From contig CALYBF010000002.1 in assembly GCA_944393755.1 (NCBI GenBank), forward strand, positions 1-42,342: a stretch of 42,342 nucleotides of DNA, read 5' to 3'. Under the pieces are notes generated by a model. It did not search any database, had not been told where the DNA came from, and saw only the letters and a program-made list of their open reading frames with translations. This document shows positions 34,793 through 42,342 of this stretch, piece by piece (position 1 is the stretch's first letter; every line of letters starts with the position of its first letter). Made by a program: the position numbers and the translations under genes. This DNA comes from an uncultured Clostridia bacterium. GTDB lineage: Bacteria > Bacillota > Clostridia > TANB77 > CAG-508.

Positions 34793-37009
34793 ATGGAAAA
34801 AGTTAAAAAAGTAATAAAAATAGTTGTAATTAATGTTTTAGTAATATTATTAACAATGTCTATGTTTTCTACAAATAAAGTATTTGCAGAAGAAGAGACG
34901 ACTAAATTTCTATACCAAGATATTACAATAAATAATGACGGTTCTATAACTGTAAAAGAAGCTGCATATCTTAATGGCGAGTATAATGGTAGATTTAGAG
35001 ATATTGATTTTAAAAATACTTGGGCAACTGAATTTACAGGTATATTTAGTGATTTTACAGGAAATAGTGATATATATAATGGAAGTAATTTAGTAAATGA
35101 AAAAGTTTATGATATTTCACAAGATAATTTTAAATCAATAGATGATATTGGAAAAGAAGAAAAAGTATATGAAGAAGTAAAAAGCAGTAAAAATGGAAAA
35201 TATGGAGTATATACTCTTGAAAAAAAGAGTTCTAGTTCAAATTTTAAAATTTTCTGCCCAGATAATAAAAAGAAAGTTATATGTCTAGAATATACAATAA
35301 AAGATGCAGTTGTAATTCACAATGATGTTGCAGAATTATATTGGAATTTACTAGGTAGTTATTTTGAGGAAAACATAGAAGATTTCCAAGTAAAGGTTCA
35401 TTTACCAGGGGAAGACAATGATGTTAGAATTTGGACACACGGGCCTTTAACAGGAGAAAATAAAATTTTAGACAATAAAACTTTATATTTTAAAGATACA
35501 AATGTGGAAAAATATACAGATGAAACAATAAGAATAATGTTTAATAAAGATTTAGTACCATATGCAACTAAGTTATCTAATGTAAATGGAAGAGAGAATA
35601 TTTTAAAATATGAAGAAATGATGGCAAATTCAGCAAATTTTGAAAGAGATAAGAGAAAACTAGAAAATGAAAGTAGAGCAGGTGAAGCAGTATCTAGTTT
35701 AGAAGAAGATCCAAGGATATATAGGTATAATTATGCACTTGAATTAGTAAATGAATTAGATGATGATAGTGAGCAAAAACAAGATTTTCTAGAAAGAATC
35801 GAGAAAACAAAAAGTTTAGTAAATGCAGATTGGAAAGAAAGTGTAGAAACAAGCATAGATATTTTAAGTGGTGAAGAAGAATTATACAAACGTTTAACTG
35901 AAAATAGTTTGGGAAATTTAAAAGAAGATATAGAAGAAGGTTTTGATGAAGAAGCAAAAGAAAAATATTTTGAAAAATATAAAGAACTACAAGGAAAATT
36001 AGAAGAAAAAAGAGCGATTCAGAGAACTGTTTTTAGAAATATAGTAATAGCAACAAATGTAGTTATAGGTATTTTTGCTATATATAAATTAATAAAAATA
36101 AAGATAGAAAAAAATACCTTTAAAGAAAAATATTATAGAGATTTTCCAAGTGAAGATAACCCAAATGTTTTAGAATATTTAATGTATAGAAAATCAACTA
36201 ATTTAGGCTTTTCAGCTACAATATTAAATTTAATAAATAAAAAAATAATATCATATGAAAAAGACAAAAAAAATAGTATTACTTTAGTACTTATAAATAA
36301 TGAGTATGTTGGAACAAGTGCAGAAGCTGTTGTGCTAAATGTACTATTTAAAATAGTTGGCAAAAACGATAGATGTAAATTAAATTCATTAAGACATTAT
36401 GGTAGGAGTTATGCAAGTGCTAAAAAATTAGTTAAGAAAATGGATGAATTTAAAAAAGTAACTAAAGAAGAAGCTGGTTATAAAGATTATTTTAAAAGTG
36501 ATACTACTTTAATAATATATAAAATTTTTGTAATTATAAACTATGTATTTAGTATGGCAATGGCAATTGGAGTTTTCTTAGGACTTAAAAATTGTGCAAT
36601 ACAAGTAATTATTTATTTGTTAGGAATAACATTGTTAAATACTATATATTTTGTTATAGGAAACAAAGATAAAAACAGAACAAATACTGGAAAAGAAGAA
36701 TATTCAAAATGGCTTGCACATAAAAGGTTTTTAGAAGATTTTAGTAATTTTGATGAAAAAGATTTACCAGAAATTACATTATGGGAGAAATATTTGGTTA
36801 CAGCAACTGTTTTAGGAGTAGCTGATAAAGTAGAAAAAAGAATGAAAATGGAAATAGCAAATACAAATAATATTGATACTGATTTAATGATATATAATAC
36901 TATAGATTTTAATATTACAACACAATTAAACAACAGTATTAAAACAACAATAAACAATAGTAATAATCATTATTATACAAGTTCAGGCGGACGGCGGTTC
37001 ATCTTATAG
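34793..37009 (+). CDS. DUF2207-family membrane protein (paralog 2). It is prematurely terminated inside its Gly-rich tail.
   Basis: Same architecture as 27885-29831 (signal/TM, YQDITINNDGSITVKEAAYL, LYWNLLG, TM helices, EITLWEKYLVTATVLGVADKV). The track ORF stops at 37009 inside the GGN tract. Removing C-36992, C-37053 and C-37063 restores ..SSGGGGSSYSSGGGFGGGSSGGGGGGGGGGGGGRF ending at 37090. Confidence 0.8.
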   Translation: MEKVKKVIKIVVINVLVILLTMSMFSTNKVFAEEETTKFLYQDITINNDGSITVKEAAYLNGEYNGRFRDIDFKNTWATEFTGIFSDFTGNSDIYNGSNLVNEKVYDISQDNFKSIDDIGKEEKVYEEVKSSKNGKYGVYTLEKKSSSSNFKIFCPDNKKKVICLEYTIKDAVVIHNDVAELYWNLLGSYFEENIEDFQVKVHLPGEDNDVRIWTHGPLTGENKILDNKTLYFKDTNVEKYTDETIRIMFNKDLVPYATKLSNVNGRENILKYEEMMANSANFERDKRKLENESRAGEAVSSLEEDPRIYRYNYALELVNELDDDSEQKQDFLERIEKTKSLVNADWKESVETSIDILSGEEELYKRLTENSLGNLKEDIEEGFDEEAKEKYFEKYKELQGKLEEKRAIQRTVFRNIVIATNVVIGIFAIYKLIKIKIEKNTFKEKYYRDFPSEDNPNVLEYLMYRKSTNLGFSATILNLINKKIISYEKDKKNSITLVLINNEYVGTSAEAVVLNVLFKIVGKNDRCKLNSLRHYGRSYASAKKLVKKMDEFKKVTKEEAGYKDYFKSDTTLIIYKIFVIINYVFSMAMAIGVFLGLKNCAIQVIIYLLGITLLNTIYFVIGNKDKNRTNTGKEEYSKWLAHKRFLEDFSNFDEKDLPEITLWEKYLVTATVLGVADKVEKRMKMEIANTNNIDTDLMIYNTIDFNITTQLNNSIKTTINNSNNHYYTSSGGRRFIL

Positions 37010-37097
37010 TTCAGGTGGTGGCTTCGGTGGAGGCTCATCTGGTGGTGGTGGCCGGTGGAGGCCGGAGGCGGCGGTGGTGGTCGTTTCTAAATTAAAT

Positions 37098-37135
37098 AAA
37101 AAATACAGAGAGTTTTAATTATTCTCTGTATTTTT
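37098..37135. terminator. Bidirectional terminator between DUF2207 paralog 2 and smpB
   Basis: Hairpin TACAGAGA (37104-37111) / TCTCTGTA (37123-37130) flanked by an A-run and a T-run. It overlaps the last smpB codons. Confidence 0.6.
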
Positions 37136-37577
37136 CTTTCATTGCTTGTTCGATTTTTCTTTTAGCATCTTTTTTGGCTATATCTTGTCTTTTGTCATAC
37201 AGTTTTTTACCTTTACCAATGCCTAATTCTACTTTAAGCAAACTTCCTTTAAAATATAAGCTAATAGGAACTAAACTATAGCCTTTTTGTTTAGTTAAGC
37301 CAATTAATCTATTAATTTCTCTTTTGTGTAACAAAAGCTTTCTATCACGTAAAGGATCTTTATTAAAAATATTTCCATACTCATATGGGCTAATATGCAT
37401 ACCAACAATAAAAACTTCACCATTTTTAATTATTGCATAACAGTCTTTTAAATTAACTTTTCCTGCTTTAATAGATTTTATCTCAGTTCCAGAAAGAACA
37501 ATTCCTGCCTCTATTTTATCATCAATAGTATAATTATGATAAGCAGTAGGGTTTTTTGCAACTAATTTTGTATTCAT
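37119..37577 (-). CDS. smpB: SsrA-binding protein SmpB
   Basis: Canonical SmpB sequence ([10 protein letters not shown]....EAGIVL.GTEIKS...[31 protein letters not shown], Lys-rich tail). Confidence 0.93.
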   Translation of the reverse strand: MNTKLVAKNPTAYHNYTIDDKIEAGIVLSGTEIKSIKAGKVNLKDCYAIIKNGEVFIVGMHISPYEYGNIFNKDPLRDRKLLLHKREINRLIGLTKQKGYSLVPISLYFKGSLLKVELGIGKGKKLYDKRQDIAKKDAKRKIEQAMKEKYRE

Positions 37578-37789
37578 AAAAAAACTACCTCTTTTTCATT
37601 TCCTAAAATATTATATTTATATTATAACATTTAAGTTTTTATAAGTAAAGAAAATTAACACTAGAAAAAAGGTTGATTTTTAGGGAAATATAAGAAACAG
37701 TAAAAATTTTTCAAAAAATAGTCTCAAAAAGCTTTAAAAATATGACAAAATGGTATACAATAATACAAAACGAATTTTAGGAGAGGTTT

Positions 37790-38596
37790 ATGAACAAAAA
37801 GTGGCAGATATATGAAACAGATTTAGAAAGTGTAGAAAAACTAAAAGAAGAATATAAATTAAATACATTGCTTGCTACTATATTAGTAAATAGAGGAATT
37901 ACAAATAAAGAAGAAATACAAAAATTTTTAAAACCGACTAGAAATGATTTTTATGACCCATTTTTAATAAAAGATATGGATATAGCAGTAGAAAGAATAA
38001 TAAAAGCAATTAAAGATAAAGAAAAAGTTATTATTTATGGTGATTATGATGTAGATGGAATTACAAGTATAACTGTACTAAAAAAATTCTTAAAAGATGT
38101 TGGCTTAGATGTATCTTATTATATTCCAAATAGATTAACAGAAGGATATGGCTTAAATAAAACAGCAGTAGAAGAAATTGCAAAAGAAGGATATAGTTTA
38201 ATGATTACTGTAGATTGTGGTATAACTTCAGTAGAAGAAATTGATTTAGCAAGAAGTTTAGGAGTGGAAGTAATAGTAACAGACCATCACGAACCAGGAG
38301 AAGTTTTACCAAAAGCTTTGGCTGTAGTTGATAATAAAAGAAAAGATTCTACATATCCTTTTAGAGATTTAGCAGGAGTGGGAGTTAGCTTTAAAGTTTG
38401 CCAAGCAATTGGGATAAAAATAGGAATAAAAGAAGAAGAATATTTAAAATATTTAGATATTGTATGTGTTGGTACAATATCAGATATAGTTCCATTGGTT
38501 GATGAAAATAGAGTAATTACAAAATTAGGTTTAATGTTAGTTGAAAAAACAAGAAACATGGGGCTTAAATCAATACTAAATTCTTCACGGATATAG
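37790..38596 (+). CDS. recJ: Single-stranded-DNA-specific exonuclease RecJ, N-terminal fragment (DHH domain)
   Basis: DHH motifs: IIYGDYDVDGITS, ITVDCG, IVTDHH, GTISDIVPL. The ORF stops at TAG 38594-38596 two codons after an extra C at 38588. Confidence 0.85.
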   Translation: MNKKWQIYETDLESVEKLKEEYKLNTLLATILVNRGITNKEEIQKFLKPTRNDFYDPFLIKDMDIAVERIIKAIKDKEKVIIYGDYDVDGITSITVLKKFLKDVGLDVSYYIPNRLTEGYGLNKTAVEEIAKEGYSLMITVDCGITSVEEIDLARSLGVEVIVTDHHEPGEVLPKALAVVDNKRKDSTYPFRDLAGVGVSFKVCQAIGIKIGIKEEEYLKYLDIVCVGTISDIVPLVDENRVITKLGLMLVEKTRNMGLKSILNSSRI

Positions 38597-38657
38597 TAAA
38601 ATAGATTCGAATACAATATCATTTGGAGTAGCACCTAGAATAAATGCTTGTGGTAGG

Positions 38658-39482
38658 ATGGGAAAAGCAAAAGAAGCTTTAGAACTTTTATTATCAAATA
38701 ATATATATGATGTAAATGATTTAACTAAAAAATTAAATGCTCATAATAATGAAAGACAAGAAATAGAAAAATCTATATTTGAAAGTGCGAAAAAACAAAT
38801 AGAAGAAAATCATTTAGATAATAATAGAACATTAGTAGTAGCTGGTAAAGACTGGCATCATGGAGTAATAGGAATAGTATCATCTAAAATAACAGAAATG
38901 TATTTTAAACCAAGTATATTACTTAGTTTTGAAGATGATGGTATTTGTAAAGGCTCAGGAAGAAGTATACCAGGTTTTGACTTACATAAAGCACTAACTA
39001 ACTGTAAAAGCTCTATTGAAAAATTTGGTGGACATAGTATGGCAGTTGGTGTTACAATAAAGAAGGATAATTTGGAAAAGTTTTATAAAGAATTTGAAGA
39101 ACAAGCTAAAAAAGAAAATATAGAACAAATAGTTCCAGTCCTTAATATTGATGCAAAAATTGATATTAATAATATAGATAAACAAATGATAGAAAGCCTA
39201 AGAGAGTTAGAACCTTTTGGAGAAGCAAATAAAATGCCAATATTTGCATTTAAGAATTTGAAAATAGATTCAATAAGAGCATTATCAGAAGGTAAACATT
39301 TAAAATTAACTCTAAAAGAAGGAAATACTATAATAAATGCAATTGGTTTTAATATGGGAGAATTATCAGAAGAATACAGAATTGGTGATAAAATAGATAT
39401 AGCTGGGGTTTTAGAAATAAATACATTTAACGGAGTAGATAGTATGCAAATAAATATAAAAGATATAATGAGAGCTATCTAA
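38658..39482 (+). CDS. recJ: RecJ, C-terminal fragment (DHHA1 and OB-fold region). The frame is open back to 38589.
   Basis: The frame from 38589 encodes GYSKIDSNTISFGVAPRINACGRMGKAKEALELL (the conserved RecJ PR[IL]NA.GR motif). It continues with HHGVIGIVSSK, GSGRS and GGH..A.G (DHHA1). Confidence 0.85.
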   Translation: MGKAKEALELLLSNNIYDVNDLTKKLNAHNNERQEIEKSIFESAKKQIEENHLDNNRTLVVAGKDWHHGVIGIVSSKITEMYFKPSILLSFEDDGICKGSGRSIPGFDLHKALTNCKSSIEKFGGHSMAVGVTIKKDNLEKFYKEFEEQAKKENIEQIVPVLNIDAKIDINNIDKQMIESLRELEPFGEANKMPIFAFKNLKIDSIRALSEGKHLKLTLKEGNTIINAIGFNMGELSEEYRIGDKIDIAGVLEINTFNGVDSMQINIKDIMRAI

Positions 39483-39501
39483 AAATAAAAGGGGTGAAAA
39501 T

Positions 39502-41697
39502 ATGCAAGAACAACAGAAGAATAGAAGTATACAAGAGGTAATTGCAAAAAGGAAAGAACACTCAAGAAGAGTAGATACTAAATTAATAATGAAAGCATAT
39601 AATTATGCTAAAAAATATCACGGAGACCAACTAAGAAAATCAGGTGAACCATATATAGTTCATCCGCTAAATGTTGCATATATCTTAGCTGATATGGGGT
39701 TAGATGATAGTACAATATCAGCAGCACTTTTACATGATGTTGTAGAAGATACAGAAATTACAGAAAATGATATAACAAAAGAATTTGGACAAGAAATATC
39801 TGAAATGGTAGTTGGTGTTACAAAACTTGGAAATATTTCTTTTGCGTCTTTGGAGGAACAACAAGCTGAAAACTATAGAAAAATGTTCTTAGCTATGGGA
39901 AAAGACATAAGAGTTATTATTATAAAATTAGCAGATAGACTTCACAATATGAGAACATTGAAATATTTAAAAAGAGATAGACAAATTGCAATTAGTAAAG
40001 AAACTATGGACTTGTATGCACCTCTTGCAAATAGATTGGGGCTATATTCTTTAAAATGGGAATTAGAAGATTTAGGCTTTAAATATTTATATCCAGACGA
40101 GTATCACGAATTAGTAGAAGGTATAAATAAGAAAAGAGAAGAAAGACTACAGTTTATAGAAAAAATAATGGAAGATATAAGAATTGCTCTAAAAAAACAA
40201 AGAATTGATGCAGAAGTAACAGGAAGAGCAAAACATTTATATTCTATTTATAGGAAAATGAAAAGAGATAATAAAACATTAGACCAAATATATGATTTGT
40301 TTGCCTTAAGAATTTTAGTACATACTGTAAAAGACTGTTATGCAGCATTAGGTGTAGTACATGAATTATATAGCCCTATGCCAGGTAGATTTAAAGATTA
40401 TATTGCAGTTCCAAAACCTAATATGTATCAATCAATACATACAACATTACTTGGAGAAAAAGGAACACCTTTTGAAGTACAAATTCGTACATATGAAATG
40501 CATAGAGTAGCAGAATTTGGTATTGCCGCACACTGGGCATATAAAGAAGCAAGTTATTTTGGTAAAAAACAATCACCAAAAGTAACAGAAGATAAATTAG
40601 CTTGGCTTCGAGAAACTTTAGAGTGGCAAAAAGATATGCAAGACCCACAAGAGTTTTTAGATACTTTAAAAACAGAACTTTTTGAAGATGAGGTTTATGT
40701 TTTCACTCCAAAAGGTAAAATAATTGTACTTCCTAGAGGTGCAACACCAATAGATTTTGCATATAGTATACATCAAGAAATTGGAAATAAAATGACAGGT
40801 TGTAAGATTAATAGTAAGATGATGCCAATTATAACACCTCTAAAAAATGGAGATATAGTAGATATTATAACATCAGATAATTCAAAAGGACCAAGCAGAG
40901 ATTGGCTTAAATTTGTAAAAAGTTCAAGTGCTAAAAATAAAATAAAATCATGGTTTAAGAAATCTTTAAAAACAGAAAATATCGAAAGAGGAAAAGATTT
41001 AATAGAAAAAGAACTAAAAAGAATTGGTGTATCACATACAGATTTGTTTAAAAACCAATATGTAGAACCTATGCTAAAAAAATATAATTATAAAAACTTA
41101 GAAGATATGTATTTATCTGTAGGGTTTGGAGCAAATTCAGCAGGTAAAGTTATTGCAAGGATGCTACAAGAATATAGAAAAGAACACGAAGAAGAAGATG
41201 TAGAAGAAAAAATAAAGGAACTTGCAAAATCTAAACAGAAAAAATCAAAACCATCAAATTCAGGAATTATAGTTAAAGGTATTGATAATTGTTTAGTTAA
41301 ATTATCTAAATGTTGTAACCCACTTCCAGGTGATGAGATTGTAGGTTATATTACAAAAGGAAGAGGTGTTTCTGTACATAGAAAAGATTGTCCTAATATT
41401 AAGAATTTAATATCTGAAGAAAATAGGATGATTGATGTAGAGTGGTATAAAGAAAATAACGAAAACTATCAATCAGATGTAGAAATATATTCAAATGATA
41501 GAAATGGTTTGTTATTAGATATATTAAAAGAAATTGGAACAACAAAAGCTAAAATTATGGGTGTTAAAACAAAGACTACTAAAGAAAGAATTGCAATTAT
41601 TGGTATAACTTTAGAAGTTGAAAGTTTAGATGAGTTAAATAAAGCAATTAGAGCAATAAGAAAAGTAGAAAGTGTATATGAAGTAAAACGTACGTAG
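39502..41697 (+). CDS. relA: Bifunctional (p)ppGpp synthetase/hydrolase RelA/SpoT (Rel)
   Basis: HD hydrolase (HGDQLRKSGEPYIVHPLNVA, LHDVVEDT), synthetase (YKDYIA.PK.N.YQSIHT, EVQIRT..MH..AE.G.AAHW.YK), TGS (VYVFTPKG..I.LP.GATPIDFAY) and a C-terminal ACT domain. Confidence 0.95.
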   Translation: MQEQQKNRSIQEVIAKRKEHSRRVDTKLIMKAYNYAKKYHGDQLRKSGEPYIVHPLNVAYILADMGLDDSTISAALLHDVVEDTEITENDITKEFGQEISEMVVGVTKLGNISFASLEEQQAENYRKMFLAMGKDIRVIIIKLADRLHNMRTLKYLKRDRQIAISKETMDLYAPLANRLGLYSLKWELEDLGFKYLYPDEYHELVEGINKKREERLQFIEKIMEDIRIALKKQRIDAEVTGRAKHLYSIYRKMKRDNKTLDQIYDLFALRILVHTVKDCYAALGVVHELYSPMPGRFKDYIAVPKPNMYQSIHTTLLGEKGTPFEVQIRTYEMHRVAEFGIAAHWAYKEASYFGKKQSPKVTEDKLAWLRETLEWQKDMQDPQEFLDTLKTELFEDEVYVFTPKGKIIVLPRGATPIDFAYSIHQEIGNKMTGCKINSKMMPIITPLKNGDIVDIITSDNSKGPSRDWLKFVKSSSAKNKIKSWFKKSLKTENIERGKDLIEKELKRIGVSHTDLFKNQYVEPMLKKYNYKNLEDMYLSVGFGANSAGKVIARMLQEYRKEHEEEDVEEKIKELAKSKQKKSKPSNSGIIVKGIDNCLVKLSKCCNPLPGDEIVGYITKGRGVSVHRKDCPNIKNLISEENRMIDVEWYKENNENYQSDVEIYSNDRNGLLLDILKEIGTTKAKIMGVKTKTTKERIAIIGITLEVESLDELNKAIRAIRKVESVYEVKRT

Positions 41698-41710
41698 AAA
41701 GGATATTAAT

Positions 41711-42342
41711 ATGATATTAAAAGAACTAAAGATTAATACATGGATAGGAGATCCTACAAATTGTTATATTATTTTTGATGAAAAATCTAAAGAAACTATG
41801 GTAATAGACCCAGCAGGAGATGTAGATAAAATAGAAGAATTAATTAATATTTTAGGTGGTAATTTAAAATATATCTATTTAACACATTGCCACGGAGACC
41901 ATATTTTAGGTGTACCAGAGTTAAAAAGAAGATGTGGTGGTAAAATATTAATTCATATCTATGATGCTGAAGGGCTAAATAATGCAGAGATTAATTTAAC
42001 ACCATATATTGTTGAAGAAAAAATAGAGTTAGAGGCAGATTCTAGAATTAAAGATAATGATTTAATACATTTAGGAGAATTAGAATTTAAAGTTATTTAT
42101 ACACCAGGGCACACTAAAGGTGGTACTTCTCTATATTGTGAGAAAGAAGCTTGCGTATTTACAGGCGATACCTTGTTTAGAGGTACTTGGGGTAGAACTG
42201 ATTGCCCGACTGCAAGTATTGAAGATATTATGAATTCTATTACAAATAAATTATTAAAACTTCCTGATATTACAATTTGCTATCCAGGACATGGCTTAAG
42301 TACAAAAATAAGAGATGAAAAACCTATTTATTTAGAATTAAA
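41711..42342 (+). CDS. MBL-fold metallo-hydrolase (glyoxalase II-like), 3'-partial at the window edge
   Basis: ATG-41711 follows AGAAAGGA. The translation contains NCYIIFDE, IDPAGD, the metal motif THCHGDH, YTPGHTKGG and GDTLFRG. The frame stays open to the window end, and the ORF is missing from the track because no stop is present. Confidence 0.8.
   Translation, partial: MILKELKINTWIGDPTNCYIIFDEKSKETMVIDPAGDVDKIEELINILGGNLKYIYLTHCHGDHILGVPELKRRCGGKILIHIYDAEGLNNAEINLTPYIVEEKIELEADSRIKDNDLIHLGELEFKVIYTPGHTKGGTSLYCEKEACVFTGDTLFRGTWGRTDCPTASIEDIMNSITNKLLKLPDITICYPGHGLSTKIRDEKPIYLEL

Noticed and set aside
37000-37120. Expected tmRNA (ssrA) next to smpB
   Set aside because: Only ~30 nt separate the smpB stop from the DUF2207 tail, and this stretch is occupied by a terminator hairpin. 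No tRNA-like acceptor/T-arm or tag reading frame is visible there or in the 37578-37789 spacer.
8715-38588. Programmed ribosomal frameshifting as an explanation for the split or derailed ORFs
   Set aside because: There is no slippery heptamer or shared stimulatory structure at the sites. The only shared feature is an extra C before GG, and the affected genes (recJ, DUF2207 tails, HTH-CYTH) are not known recoding targets. Sequence error or mutation is more parsimonious.

Overview
The window is very AT-rich and looks like a chromosomal segment from a low-GC Firmicute, probably Clostridia-like. This is judged by eye and by gene content only; no database search was possible, and product names come from motifs I recognise in the supplied translations. 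Most of it is housekeeping. It holds an nfeD/SPFH pair, the class III heat-shock operon ctsR-mcsA-mcsB-clpC with two canonical CtsR operators, dxs, ylmH, mutS2 and stp-prkC. It also holds addA, rqcH, nagZ, two DUF2207 paralogs, a divergent DnaB-like helicase, a peroxiredoxin/cysteine-synthase pair, fba, smpB, recJ, relA/spoT and a 3'-partial MBL-fold hydrolase. Four things stand out. (1) A compositionally distinct two-gene cassette on the minus strand (23406-24776) pairs a radical-SAM/SPASM enzyme with a 55-aa Cys-rich peptide gene (core GCPNCNGQCKNGCGVTC). The ORF track misses this gene and shows a spurious antisense ORF instead. The cassette looks like a minimal, uncharacterised RiPP system and is my best candidate for the novel system. 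(2) A dispersed hairpin repeat of about 37-40 nt (TGAGACAAA..GGGAC..TTTGTCTCATTTT) sits at gene 3' ends, twice as inverted pairs, and its TGA supplies the stop codon of flanking genes. (3) Single extra C residues recur immediately 5' of GG. They break recJ, split an HTH-CYTH protein and derail the C-termini of the DnaB-like protein and both DUF2207 proteins, which suggests a systematic sequence artefact or a mutational hotspot. (4) The left edge carries the GC-richer tail of an ORF whose sequence is reminiscent of a TnpB C-terminus. No rRNA, tRNA, tmRNA or CRISPR array was seen.
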